Made by a program: the position numbers and the translations under genes. Shown piece after piece: positions 22,901 to 34,900 of a stretch of DNA of 64,000 bases (position 1 is its first letter; the number at the start of each line of letters is the position of its first letter). A model generated the notes under the pieces. The model did no database searches. It saw only the letters and a list, made by a program, of their open reading frames with translations, and had not been told where the DNA came from. The stretch lies in contig NW_024704742.1 in NCBI RefSeq assembly GCF_018977255.1, positions 34,474,001 to 34,538,000 on the forward strand. The letters run 5' to 3'. The stretch comes from Callorhinchus milii (lineage: Eukaryota).

Positions 22901-25900
22901 GGAGGGGTCAGATTCACTCCCTAACCTGTGAATAACTGACAAAGGGTCAGATCATGCCGTTGAGGTTATGTGTTGCATAAAATGCCGCCGGTGTTAATCA
23001 TCACGTCACATACCGCAGTTTTCACGCCATAATTGTATTAAGACAAGTCAATGAATGGCAAACAACATACCTAATTTGGGAAGGGAATAATTTATGGCGA
23101 AATACTCCTCAAAGAAGTCAAATATGATTTTTGTAACATTCGCTGCATACACTGCCGTGTGTTTCTGTTGAGGTTGGACGTAAATTCTCAGCTAAGAAAT
23201 GCAAGATAAAGAGAAAAGTAAGGTAAGTTAAGGTAGACAACATTATCGAATTCATTTTACTCTGTATGTAAAAGCATTGTAGAATTATATCCTTTTTTGG
23301 TGGTTCCTTTAGTTTGCAACAGTTAAATCCCAAGTGAATGCGGAACTCCATGATTGTTTTTTTGTTATGAAAATTGTGCTCATCGGGGATGTGGAACAAC
23401 TTCCTATTTTGGCAACCAGTAACAATCTCAAAGAATCCCAGGTCAGGTACAGCATTACTGTATGAAAGTAGCTCCCTCTACCCAGCAATGTGCATTGGCT
23501 CCAAATTCAGTGGAGTACCCATTCCCTCAATACACTGCACTCGGGTATACAAGCCAGTGTAAGACCTATTTTGAGAGAAATTATCAATTTAGTGTTGGAT
23601 TATGGCAGTTTGTGCTATGAGCCTCATTCAATTAAAAGCTGGGCTGAGACTGTCATTTCACATTGGAGCATCCAATCCCATTAGTGTGACCTGGATTCAA
23701 ATCTAGAAGCCCAAAAAGGAAGAGCCTAATCCACTGTGCTGACCTGTTACCCTTCAAGTTCCATCTGTTTCAGTGTAGGTATGGCTATAATGCCTCTGAT
23801 GGTCTCCACATCCCTTCTCTCTCTTTCCCCCCACCCCCCCTTTCCCCCCCATCTGTTTCTCCCCCCCATCTGTGTCATCACCCCACCCCCGTCTGTCGTC
23901 GTCGTCCCCCACTCTCCATCTGTCCCCTGTCCCCCCGTCTATCCCCCGCCCCCTCGACTGTGTGTCCCCCGCATCTGTCCCCCATCTGTGTCATCCTCCA
24001 ATCCCCCCCACCGGTCTGTTGTCCCCCTCCCGTCTGTCGTCCCCTTCCCCCCGTCTGTTGTCCCCCCATCCCCTCCCTCCACCGCCTGTCCCTCCCTGTC
24101 TTCCTTATTTAATAAATATATATTTAAAAATATACAATCAATATAATTTACAGTATATCCTGTGAAGTGCTTTGAGATGTCTCAATAACATGATAAGGCG
24201 CTATATCAAATGCAAGGAATAATATTATCATTATTTAGTTACATTATAGATGCATATTAAGGACCATTGCCCATGATATTCATTCTTTGTTTTCTATGCC
24301 TACAGATATAACACTAAGAACAGTATGTGTCGCTCATGGAGTGTGCAAACAATACCATACAATATACATTGATGCAGTAAAACTCACATAAAGTCATATC
24401 AGTCAGGACCACAATATTTAATATGACTTACGCAAAGTCCCAATTGCAGACACGCTGTATAAATCATATAAAGTCCAATTTAATCAATAATCTACACTGC
24501 GCATACTTAATTCAAAGCAGCCAGTCCTTTGTCACTGCCAGCCGGTAAGTAAAGATAATAATAATAAACCTTGCATTTGATATAGCATCTTATCACGTCA
24601 TTGAGACATCTCAAAGGGCTTTACAGAAAATACTGTAAAGTGAATAGACTTTGTGGGCGAAACTCGGCAGTCAATTGCGCACAGCAGTGTCCCACAAACA
24701 GTCATGAGGATGTTATGTCGGGAAGACATCCCAAAGCACTTAAGCTCAGAATGGGTCATTTGATATTGGAACATACATAACACATTGGTCCAGCAATCTT
24801 CAACGGCTTACTGATACTGTTGATATTTTCAAAGAACTTACAGGGATTCCTCGTTTTGAATTGCTTTCTATAAAGTCAAACTGATGAACAGCAAAACAGA
24901 CTAAGTAGGTGCTCATTGGTACAGATTTTTGAAATATCGTTTTTTTCTGTCCATTGCCCAAGTCTTCAGTATGCTGAAAGGCAAAATGAAATTTTATTAC
25001 AAGTACGACCCATAGCTCTCTTTGGAACTCATTTCAGAAATGATCCAATGTAAAACTAAGCTAAATTTGTATCCTAGTTCAGCTCTTGTTCTTTGCTGAG
25101 TGAAGTAAGTGACAGTGGGGTGCTATGATAGACTTTAGCACCAGTGGGCTAGGGAAAGGAAGAATCAGTCATTGGTGAATAGCCCTTAAGTGTTCACTCT
25201 GTGAATTCACGGATGAACAATGAGTACTTGGGTGAAGTATAGTAGGACAAGCAAAAGCATATGGAACTCCATCCAGTAGGTTTCAGCACTCTCAACAGAG
25301 AAAGAGTTCCTCAAAAACAAAACTGAGCTTCTCACCATTTACGATTCTAAAGGCATATTAATTTTAAAGGTATATTAATTTTATTTTTTTCAATGTTCAC
25401 CTCTGGTGGCATGTTTGAAAGAACGTTATACAGCTCGCTGTATATTAACGAGATGGTGTATGTTGCCTTCTTATTGGGTTCATCAAAACAGGGGAAAGAT
25501 TTCCGTGCATCAGTTGGTTCGTGATCCGTAGCTGCAATGAACCTGTTAGGAAACGAAAAGATCAATATAGGTATTTCACAATAATGAGAAAAATGAAACA
25601 CGACTACTGTATAAATATGGTCAGTAATTCAAAAAGCATTTCTGATGTGACCGACATCATTGCTCCTAGATACAGTAATAGGAAGGCAGCACCAAATGGA
25701 ATGCCAAATCTTCCTCCTTGGGGAATTTCTAATAATCTGTTCTGTGAAAAAAATTGGTCAGTCGGGAGCCTGAAACAAATGAAAACCCATCACCGTGCTT
25801 AAGAGCGGCTAAACCAAACTGAGAATTCCATGCATACCACATACACATGGGAATTCCACAGATAGATTGTTGGAATGATATGCACACTCTCTTCCTGGAG

Positions 25901-28900
25901 GGATGCATCCTGTTTACCTAATTCCAGAAAGTATTGGGCGCAGGTTGGCAAGAGCCAAGGCTTGGGTACCCCCAAAGTGTGCTCTGGGGTAATCCTGGAG
26001 TCTAACTAGCTAAAACCACATAGCTTGCCATTGATATCACATCTGGCAAGCTTTCCTGCTGCGCATCGAGCTAGAACCACCCTACCCATTAGGGCTTTGG
26101 CTTGCAGGATTAACAGGAGCTGAGTGGGATGACTCCCTGCCCCAGTGACTAGTCTACCCTTCCAGGTCCTGCCAATGTGCCAGACTGGCTGTGCTACCAT
26201 CAACAGTGCTCTGCAATACTGCAGATCCACCTGGCTCAGAAACCAGGCCCCTGAGACCACCACAAACCGCCACTCAATTCTGACATTCCGTTGTCAAGCA
26301 AGTCACCTTGAAGCCAGCTTAGCTCCCCTCCCAGGAGGATCATCCTGCCCATGCTATGATCCGTTCTACCTTCGCCACCTCCACAACATCGCACTGGCTC
26401 AACCACTGCCTCTCCTCTTAGGCCACTAAGACTCTCATCCACACATCTGTCACATCTAGGCTTGACTATGCCAACTCCCTGCTTGTTGACCTTCCCAACT
26501 CTTCCTTCCACAGTTGCAGATCATTCAGAACTCTGCAGATTGTGTCCTTTCCCGCACAAGGCTCTGTGACCCTATCATCCCCACCCTCACCCAGCTCCAC
26601 TGGCTCCCCATCCCCCAGAGGATAGAGTTCAAAATCTTTGGCCTCGCATACAAAGCTCTCCAGAGCCTTGGTCTGTCCTACCTCTGACATGCTAATATTA
26701 TATCGAACTATCCTCTCCCTCCGCTGACCTGCTCCACATCCCCCGTCCAGCCTGGACCACCTTAACATCAGCGGTCAGGCCTTCAGCCTCTCTGCCCCTA
26801 ACCCTCGCTTTGCTCCCTCCCTTGTCTGCTTCAAGGCACGTCTCAAGACCTTCCTCATGGGTTTTCCCTTCACAGCTTTTTATGGGATACTGCTGTGTGC
26901 TAATTTGATGCCATATTTAACTACAAAATTCACAGTCATTGCACTTCACAGTAAATCCTGTGAAGTGCTTTGAGACAATGTGATAAGGCATATGATATCA
27001 AATGTAAGAATTATGTCCACTAGATAATGTAAATACAGGTTCACTTATGGTCTGTATAAGGCGAGAATGATTCAAGTCCAATAAACAAAATTATTTCCAA
27101 AAGGCTAAATATGTTTCAACAGTATTAAAATTAGGTAAATTAAGAAAAAGTCAAGTAAATTATTGTCAACGTATTTTACTGTGTTTAAATAACTTTATTT
27201 GAACTTATCTTCCAAGAAATGCCTATAATATTACCTCCCAATTTCCACATTATATCATAGATAGTTACTTTATTACCAAGGATTGAAAGAAAAATCTTTT
27301 GAAAGTTACTCAAATGATAATTGAATTGCACATTAGATTTAGATACATTGTGTAAACATAACTCCAGCCCAGCAAGATCAAATTGACATTTAAACTATTA
27401 TGAGAAAATAGCTAACCTCATAATAATGGTCAATAACACACTTGCATTCATTGCACAGTGAATCAAAAAGGCCAGTGAAAAATATCATTGTGTAGAAAAC
27501 TAGTCATGCAACCTCAGCCTGATTATGATGTATATGTACACAGGGACAAACATCATTCTTAAATTCAATCAACAATAGCCTTTGATTATAGCAATATTTA
27601 TTTATAGTCCCTTCTGAACCTTTGTCAGTCTATAGGGTATTTGAGTTTGACGTTGGATTACACAAACTCCATTAGAATGAACACCTGTTCAAAGCAAATG
27701 GGCACCATTATAATGAATTTCAACCCCAATATTTGGAAGTGTGTTGCAGTGTATTATTTTAGTGCTCCCAGCAAATCTGAATGTCACCAAACACTTCCCA
27801 GATGCAAATGCTATCACCAGGTGCAAAACGTGGAAAATAAAGAAAGGGAAGGATGGAGACTGGCTGTTGGGAATAGTTTACAGTTTAATAAAGTAGGAAA
27901 ATGAAATCCTGACTTAAACACAGAAACATTTGGATAAATAACTATGCCCTGACTAGCTCACTGAGTATTCTGTTTAATACTGTGAAGCTAATCATATTCA
28001 TTCATAAGTGAGGGAGAGGAGAATAAAGGGGTATTCGTGAGGGGAATAGAAGGGATTGAGCATTGCATGGAGTAGTTGGGCTGAATGGCTTATATCTGTG
28101 CTATATTACTCTATGTAACGCAATGTAACTCAGCATTTAATTCTATGTTTTAGATTTGAAGCTTATCCACCACAACCAGTATCATAGTCATTATCTGGGT
28201 TCTTCAAACTCTCATTGTAAAACTTTCTCCATAATAGTATCAGCAGGTTGGCAGGAGCAAAGGCTTGCCCCCAGAGTGTGTGTTGGGGTACTGCTGGAGT
28301 CTAACCAGCTAAAATCGCATAGCTTGCCATTCATATTGCTGTCCGGCAAGCCTTCCTGCTACCTGTCCAGCGAGGTACACCCTACCCATTAGAGCTTTGG
28401 TTTGTAGGGTTAACAAGAGCTGAGTGGGATCCCTGCCCCCAGTCTGCCCTTGCAGGTCCTGCCGATGAGCCGAGCTGGCTTTGCTGTCATCAGCAGTGCC
28501 CTGGATTACTGTGGACCCACCTGGCTCAGGAACTGGTCTACTGAGACTGCTACTAAGGCCTGGCTCGATTCTGATATTCCATGGCCAGGCATGTCACCTT
28601 GGATCCAGTTTAGCTCAAATGGGACTTGCTTACCTCTCCCACCCACCAACTCCCCACCCCAAGGTGGATAGTCACCATTTGGTTGTTTGACATCCGGCAA
28701 GCACATAATAAAACCAAAATTATTAACCATAATAAATAATAATTATGAGACATAATAACATCACAATAGTTAACACACTTTAGTGCCCATTTACTAATAC
28801 AGAATATATTTATAAATATTTCCACATATCAGTTTGATCAAGGCTATTAAAGCTGATAAGAAAAATGATGAGGCTTTGCATACACTCATGCCACACTGAT

Positions 28901-31900
28901 AATAGTATGTTGTAAGTAAATATCAGAATAATGCTATTAATATAGCATTAGGGTAGCCACCACTTCAGGGTAGAGTGATTCAGAGCATGGCTACTGCTTA
29001 ATGACATTAAAAGATGTAGTCTCTGTAAGTTCTTGCTTATTTTAAATGAGTAATTCTGAACCGAATTCCAGGCTCAATGCTTCAAGACTCTGCCCCGCAA
29101 GAAGGGTTGTTGTTGTTGGCATTTATACTGTAGCATTGCAAATCTACCTGCTACCGAAACTATTCCTGAAGGTGGTCTCAGCATCTAGCCATGGGCCATA
29201 AAAAGTACAGTAGAAGTGTGCATAACATTGGAAAAGTTGGGGTGAAAACTGCCCTCTGGTTTGTTAATTATTGCTGGTGATCATTATCACATCATAAACC
29301 ATTCTGACCTGTTAATGTCCGACCACAAATTTTACCCCCCCTCCCCCACAACTCCTTCACAATGGCTAGGCTGAAAGAACAACCCGGTCCCACTGACTGA
29401 TGTGCTCGTCTGGAGATCTGAATTGCAAGATAAAGGCTCAACTCCTGATTTTATCTTATTGTTGAGTTGAACAAATTATTTCACAAGTTATTGTTCCAAT
29501 GCCGTGTGCCAACCAAATATTAACAGGAGAATTTTTTGTATAATATAATTATCACCACTGATAATTATCACATCACCTGTTGCGATTTTCATCCCAGTGT
29601 TTCCATGTCGACAGCTTGCTTCTGTAATGTGCTTAAAGTGCCAAAATGAATGAACGTTTGCTGGTTTTACAATAAATGCTGCACTCATGACACAGAAACA
29701 TCTATAAGTCTTGGGGTGGTTGAGCCTTCAGCCTCTCTGCCCCCACCCTTTGGAACTCATCTCACAGTGCCTTCGCCTTGCTCCATCTCTTGCCTCCTTC
29801 AAGGCACATCTCAAGATCCTCCTCTTCAACGTCACCTTTGGCCACCCTCCAACTCCCAACCCTCCCTGTCCTGCCAGCCCTCCACCCCTCCTGATCCCAA
29901 CCCTCTGCTCGGATACACACCACTGACTGTACAGCGCCTTGGGACATCCTCCCAAGGTGAAAGGCGCTATACAAATGTAATTAGTTGTTGTTGCAATGGT
30001 CACAGGTCACTGCATGCTTGGCATTAGACCAATGCAAGATTTTGCATTGCACAGCACCCTCACCCTCAGACTATGTGTCTCTCAGATCAGGTTATGTAAG
30101 TGAAACTATTTCCACGATACACTTGTAAATGAGAAGTCTCTTAGTTGAGACTTGGTGACAGTAATTTCCATGGGAGGTGCTTTGTGGAGAATGCCAACGA
30201 GCTGGAATTGGATCTTACACTATTTCCAGTGTGACCAGCTACTCTCATGTGTGAGATAGTGTCAACAAGAATATTTATCATCAAACAAAACTGTTACAGG
30301 ACAGAATGTGCTTTCTTATTAAGGTTTGCAAAAAATTCTGATGATCACCAAAATTAGTGTAAGATAATATAGGATCATGAACTAATATATTTAAATTTTA
30401 ATGTAATAAAATGCAGTTATCGGATCTGCATACTGAGTCTAACCACAGGCAGCATATGCCAAAGTTCAACTTACAGTATTATGTTTAAGATGCAGTCAGA
30501 TTCCTAATGTTGAAAAGAAATTTCACAGACATATGGGGCACTGTACAGAACTGTGTTTATATATACAAGTTCACATCTATGGAACTCTGCTTTCCCTAAG
30601 TGAGCTGTGGGCCAGGCAGTATAGTACAGGCTCATCTGCTGTTCACACCACTCTTAGGAATGGTTCAGGTCACACCCATGCTCTCAATTACATATAAGAA
30701 ACACAGTGTTGTATCTACACCCAGCTATTGAGCTCTCACTTCTAAATGTGTCAAGCGCACCATGTATAAAAATGACACCAGACCCTCAATATTTATGGCC
30801 TGAAGGCACTCGCTCCTGTTAGCCTGCAGCACCACCTGGTGTTTATTCATGGCTGACTCATGCTCAGACTATACATGGCCATTGATTTCAAGAAAATAAT
30901 GAGCATGTGTCCAATCCATAAATTCCACAGTTTAATAAGAAGTAAAAGCTTGTCTGGACTTTAGACACTATGTGTAGTTCTTCCATCACTCGCGGTCAGG
31001 ATACTAATGTAAATAAACATTGCTGCTTTCTGATCTGTTTTATGCTCAAAATCATTCTAGCCTCATCTCAGCAGCAGACTCCTAACACCTTAATACATTC
31101 TCACAAAGCGCACAAAAAAAGCCGTGCTGCCTATTCATTCTTAAACTGAAGGCACATCCTCCTCTCCATCAGTCATTTTTTTTAGAAAGAATACTCTTCT
31201 TGAAGTCCTCCTAGTTTGGAGAAGAGCCAGGCACAAACCAAATAAGGTTATTTTTCCCTCATCAGCCCATGGAAAGTTCTATTACAAAAGTCCAGTACAA
31301 AATGTTGATAAATACATCAACAAAGATCATGACTTTGAACTCACATTGTCTAGGCCAGGGTGGTCCAAGCTTTTGGCTGCTGAGGGCCAGATGCTGGATT
31401 TAAGAAACGTTCGCAGGCTGTATAAGCAATATTTTTGTGTTTCCCTTCCAAAAACATAACATTTACACAGTGCTTTTTTCATGTCAGAAGGGTGTCTCAA
31501 AACTCTTGGCATTGCCGGTTGGGCATTCGAGCTGGAGGTGGGAGCCGATGGAGTTGGGGTGGGGAAAAGTTGGTAAGGAGATACGCTTGCCTTCCTCTCA
31601 GCTCAAGAGGGACTACCTGACAGACTGCAGCAATGGGTGGCATTATTTCCCATTCCCTGCACATTGAGCTGCTGTAATGAGAGGACGATCCGCGAGGGAG
31701 GGAACAGGTGATCCAAAGTTGGAAATGGTTTGCGGGCTGGATGAAATCATCCCCCGGGCTGGATGTGGCACATGAGTCGCCAGTTGGACCACCCTAGTCT
31801 TGGCTAACATTCCAATGCAGTGCTGGAGAAGTGCTACATGTTGGAGGTGCTGTCTTTCGGAAAATAAGTCAAACTAAGGTCCAGTCTGTGCTTGTTCAGA

Positions 31901-34900
31901 TGGACATTCAGTTCTACAGCACCATTCAAAAAGAGAAGGGAGTTTTTCCCGGTGTCCTGGGGAACAATCCCCCAAACAAAATTGATCATTCACTCCATGA
32001 TTGTTTGTGGGACATTGTGTGGAAATTGTTTGCTGAATTCACCTACAAATACGCAGCTCACTTTACTTCTGAGTATATCCTGTGAAGCACTTTAAAACAT
32101 TCTTCCAATATGAAAGGCACTATGTCAAATGTAAGGGATGTAATTATTTATGATATGGGCTGCATGGCAAAGGTCAGTAAATTTACCTACATCGGGGAGA
32201 ATAATCCTCAAAGAGTCCATTGGAAATCTGTAACCTTTGGAAGTTTAGGAAGAGAGTAGCAGGAACTCTCCAGTAGATAAAATGTGTGTGTGTGTAGTGG
32301 TGGGGGGTTCGGGGGGAAGAAAGAAGAATGTCCATAATGCAAACAGAATTGATGATCCAACTATTCTTATCTTCTACCAGGGTTTCCAGTGATCTTATTT
32401 CACATCCAGTTTCAGCAAGTTGGCATTTTTGATAAATCACCTCCCATGGGATTAAGTCTGAGCAAACCAAAGTTTCACATTTAAAACAGTCTTATGGAAA
32501 CAGTATCACTTATAGAATCTGAGCTGGGAAACATCAAACACACACAGAAGATATTTTCTTCCACATGATATACAACACAATTTATATAGATAGCACCTCT
32601 CATTTTGGGAGGACATCTCAAAATACTTAACAATTTTAATCGGCACCCAAGATGGGGTGGGAGCCGAGGAGGTTGGAGAGGGGCAAGATGACCAAAAAGT
32701 CATCGAAGAGGTATGTTTTGAGATGTGCCTTGAAGGGGCAAGGGAGGAGCAATTCAGAGGGACTCTGGGATGGAGGCATAATTGGGAAGGTAAAACCAAA
32801 AGAAATAAAATGAGAAATGATCATGTTGCAACATAATTCTGATTGTAAACATAATAATGACTCAAATTTGATATAACACCTTATCAAGTCGTTGAGAACA
32901 TTGCAAAGCACTTCACAGAATATATTGTAAAGTGGAATGACACAGAATATATTGGAACTGTGTATTTTGACTGGAGGATGTAATTCTTGATCTAAACCCT
33001 CTGCAGTTTCAGTACTATAGTGACAAAAGCAATGAAGGATCCTATCGTTGCTTCTGAAGCATAAGCTGTGATCCTCTCAGAGGGAAAACTATAAATGAAA
33101 TCTAAAACCTTGACTTCATTGATCGAACATAAACATTTATTATTCAGTGTGAAAATCCAGAATTCTGAAAATATTGTACCCAGTTAAATTCAGAGTAACC
33201 CAAATTCTAACAAGAACATTCCTGTAACCTGTATCAATCCGTCATAGTTCCGTGAAACAAGCAAAAAATCAAATGCTGTACACACCAGTCTTTGTGCAAG
33301 TTGTGTGACACAATACTTTTACTGGTCACCAAGCTGAGGCAGACAAACTAGGAAGGGATTGCACAAAGAGGCAAATATTTGCACCAAGCAAGGACAGTAT
33401 GTTGCAGGCATTTACAGTTCAATGACACCAGCCAAAGCAGAATGCACAATAAGTATACACAATAAGCATACTGCCTTCTAGCAAATGATTAGTTTGTAGA
33501 TGCCATCCTTTGTGGAAATTAACATTGCCAGAATATGTGTTTATTTGTTCAAAATATAATCAGGAAATAAACCTGAAAGAGAAAACGTTTTGGAAAATGT
33601 AAAAAGTAACTTTTAAAAATTGTGCCAACTTTTATTAAAAAACTAACATGTAGATTCATTTATTCATGTGCTTATGTATATCCTACATAACATACATTAT
33701 TTCAAAATTTCTATACATTTTGGCAATCATCAATTGTTCCACCATTGTCAAATTAGTAACAAGTGACTATTCTCCTTGAGGGAGGTAAGTGGGGATCTTC
33801 TTGGAGCTGAACTGGCTCCAAGGTGACATGTTTGGCAACAGAATATCAGAATTGAGCCCACTCTCTGTGGCAGTCTTGGTAGTCCAGTTCCTAAACCAGA
33901 CAGGGCCACAGTACTCAAGGGTACTGTTGATGAGAGCCTAGCCAGCCTGGTTCATCGACAGGATTTGAAAGAACGGACCAGTCCCTGGGACCAGTCCCAC
34001 TCTGCTCCCACGAACCCTGTAAACAAAAGCCCTAATGGATAGTGTGGTCCTCGCTGCACAAGCAGCAAGGAAGCTTGCCAGACAGTGCTTTCAATGTCAA
34101 GCTGACACTCCAATGCAATTCAGGGTGTGTTCTGCATTATTGAAGGAGCTGTTCTTCGTATGAGATTTTAAACCGAGGCCTCTACGTCTGTTCATGTGGA
34201 CATTAAAAATACATATGGCACTATTTGAAAAGAGAATAACAATAACCTGCATTTATATAGCACCCTTCATGCCAGACAGCATGCCAAAGTGCTTAAAAAG
34301 TATTTTCTGGGGATCCTGATCAATTATCCCTCAAATAAAATTCATCATTCACTCCAAGGCTGTTTGTGGAACATTGCTGTGTACAAAATTGGCTGTTGTA
34401 TTCATCGACTAAACACATACACTTTCCACTTTACAACATCCTGTATCCTGTGAAGCGTTTTGGAATACACTCCTGAGGCTATACCAAATGCAAGGATTTT
34501 TATTATTATATATTTATGCTAATAGCAAAGCACAATTTGTTAATAGCAGCTTAATGGTTAGACCACTCGCTTCGCAAGCGAGGACCTGGGTTTGATTCCC
34601 AGCAGGGCGAAACCTTGGGCAAGTTTTCTTACTCCACACACCTGATAATTATCCCTCAAGAAAAAAAATAATTTGGTCACTCAATCCACGACTGTTTGTG
34701 GGACACTGCTGTGAGCAATTGTCTGCCGTGTTGTGTCCACAAAATATACAGTCAATTCACTTTACAGTATATTCTGTGAAGCACTTTGAGACGTCTTGGA
34801 AGATGTGAAAAGCGCTACATCAAATGCAAGGATTATTATTATTATAAGTTTAAAAGTTGGTTTAGATTTGGAGAGTCATAACTCAAGTCATGCTGTAACC

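Noticed and set aside
23736..24165. Pro-rich 136-aa and 97-aa ORFs
   Set aside because: Translation of a C-rich low-complexity tract.
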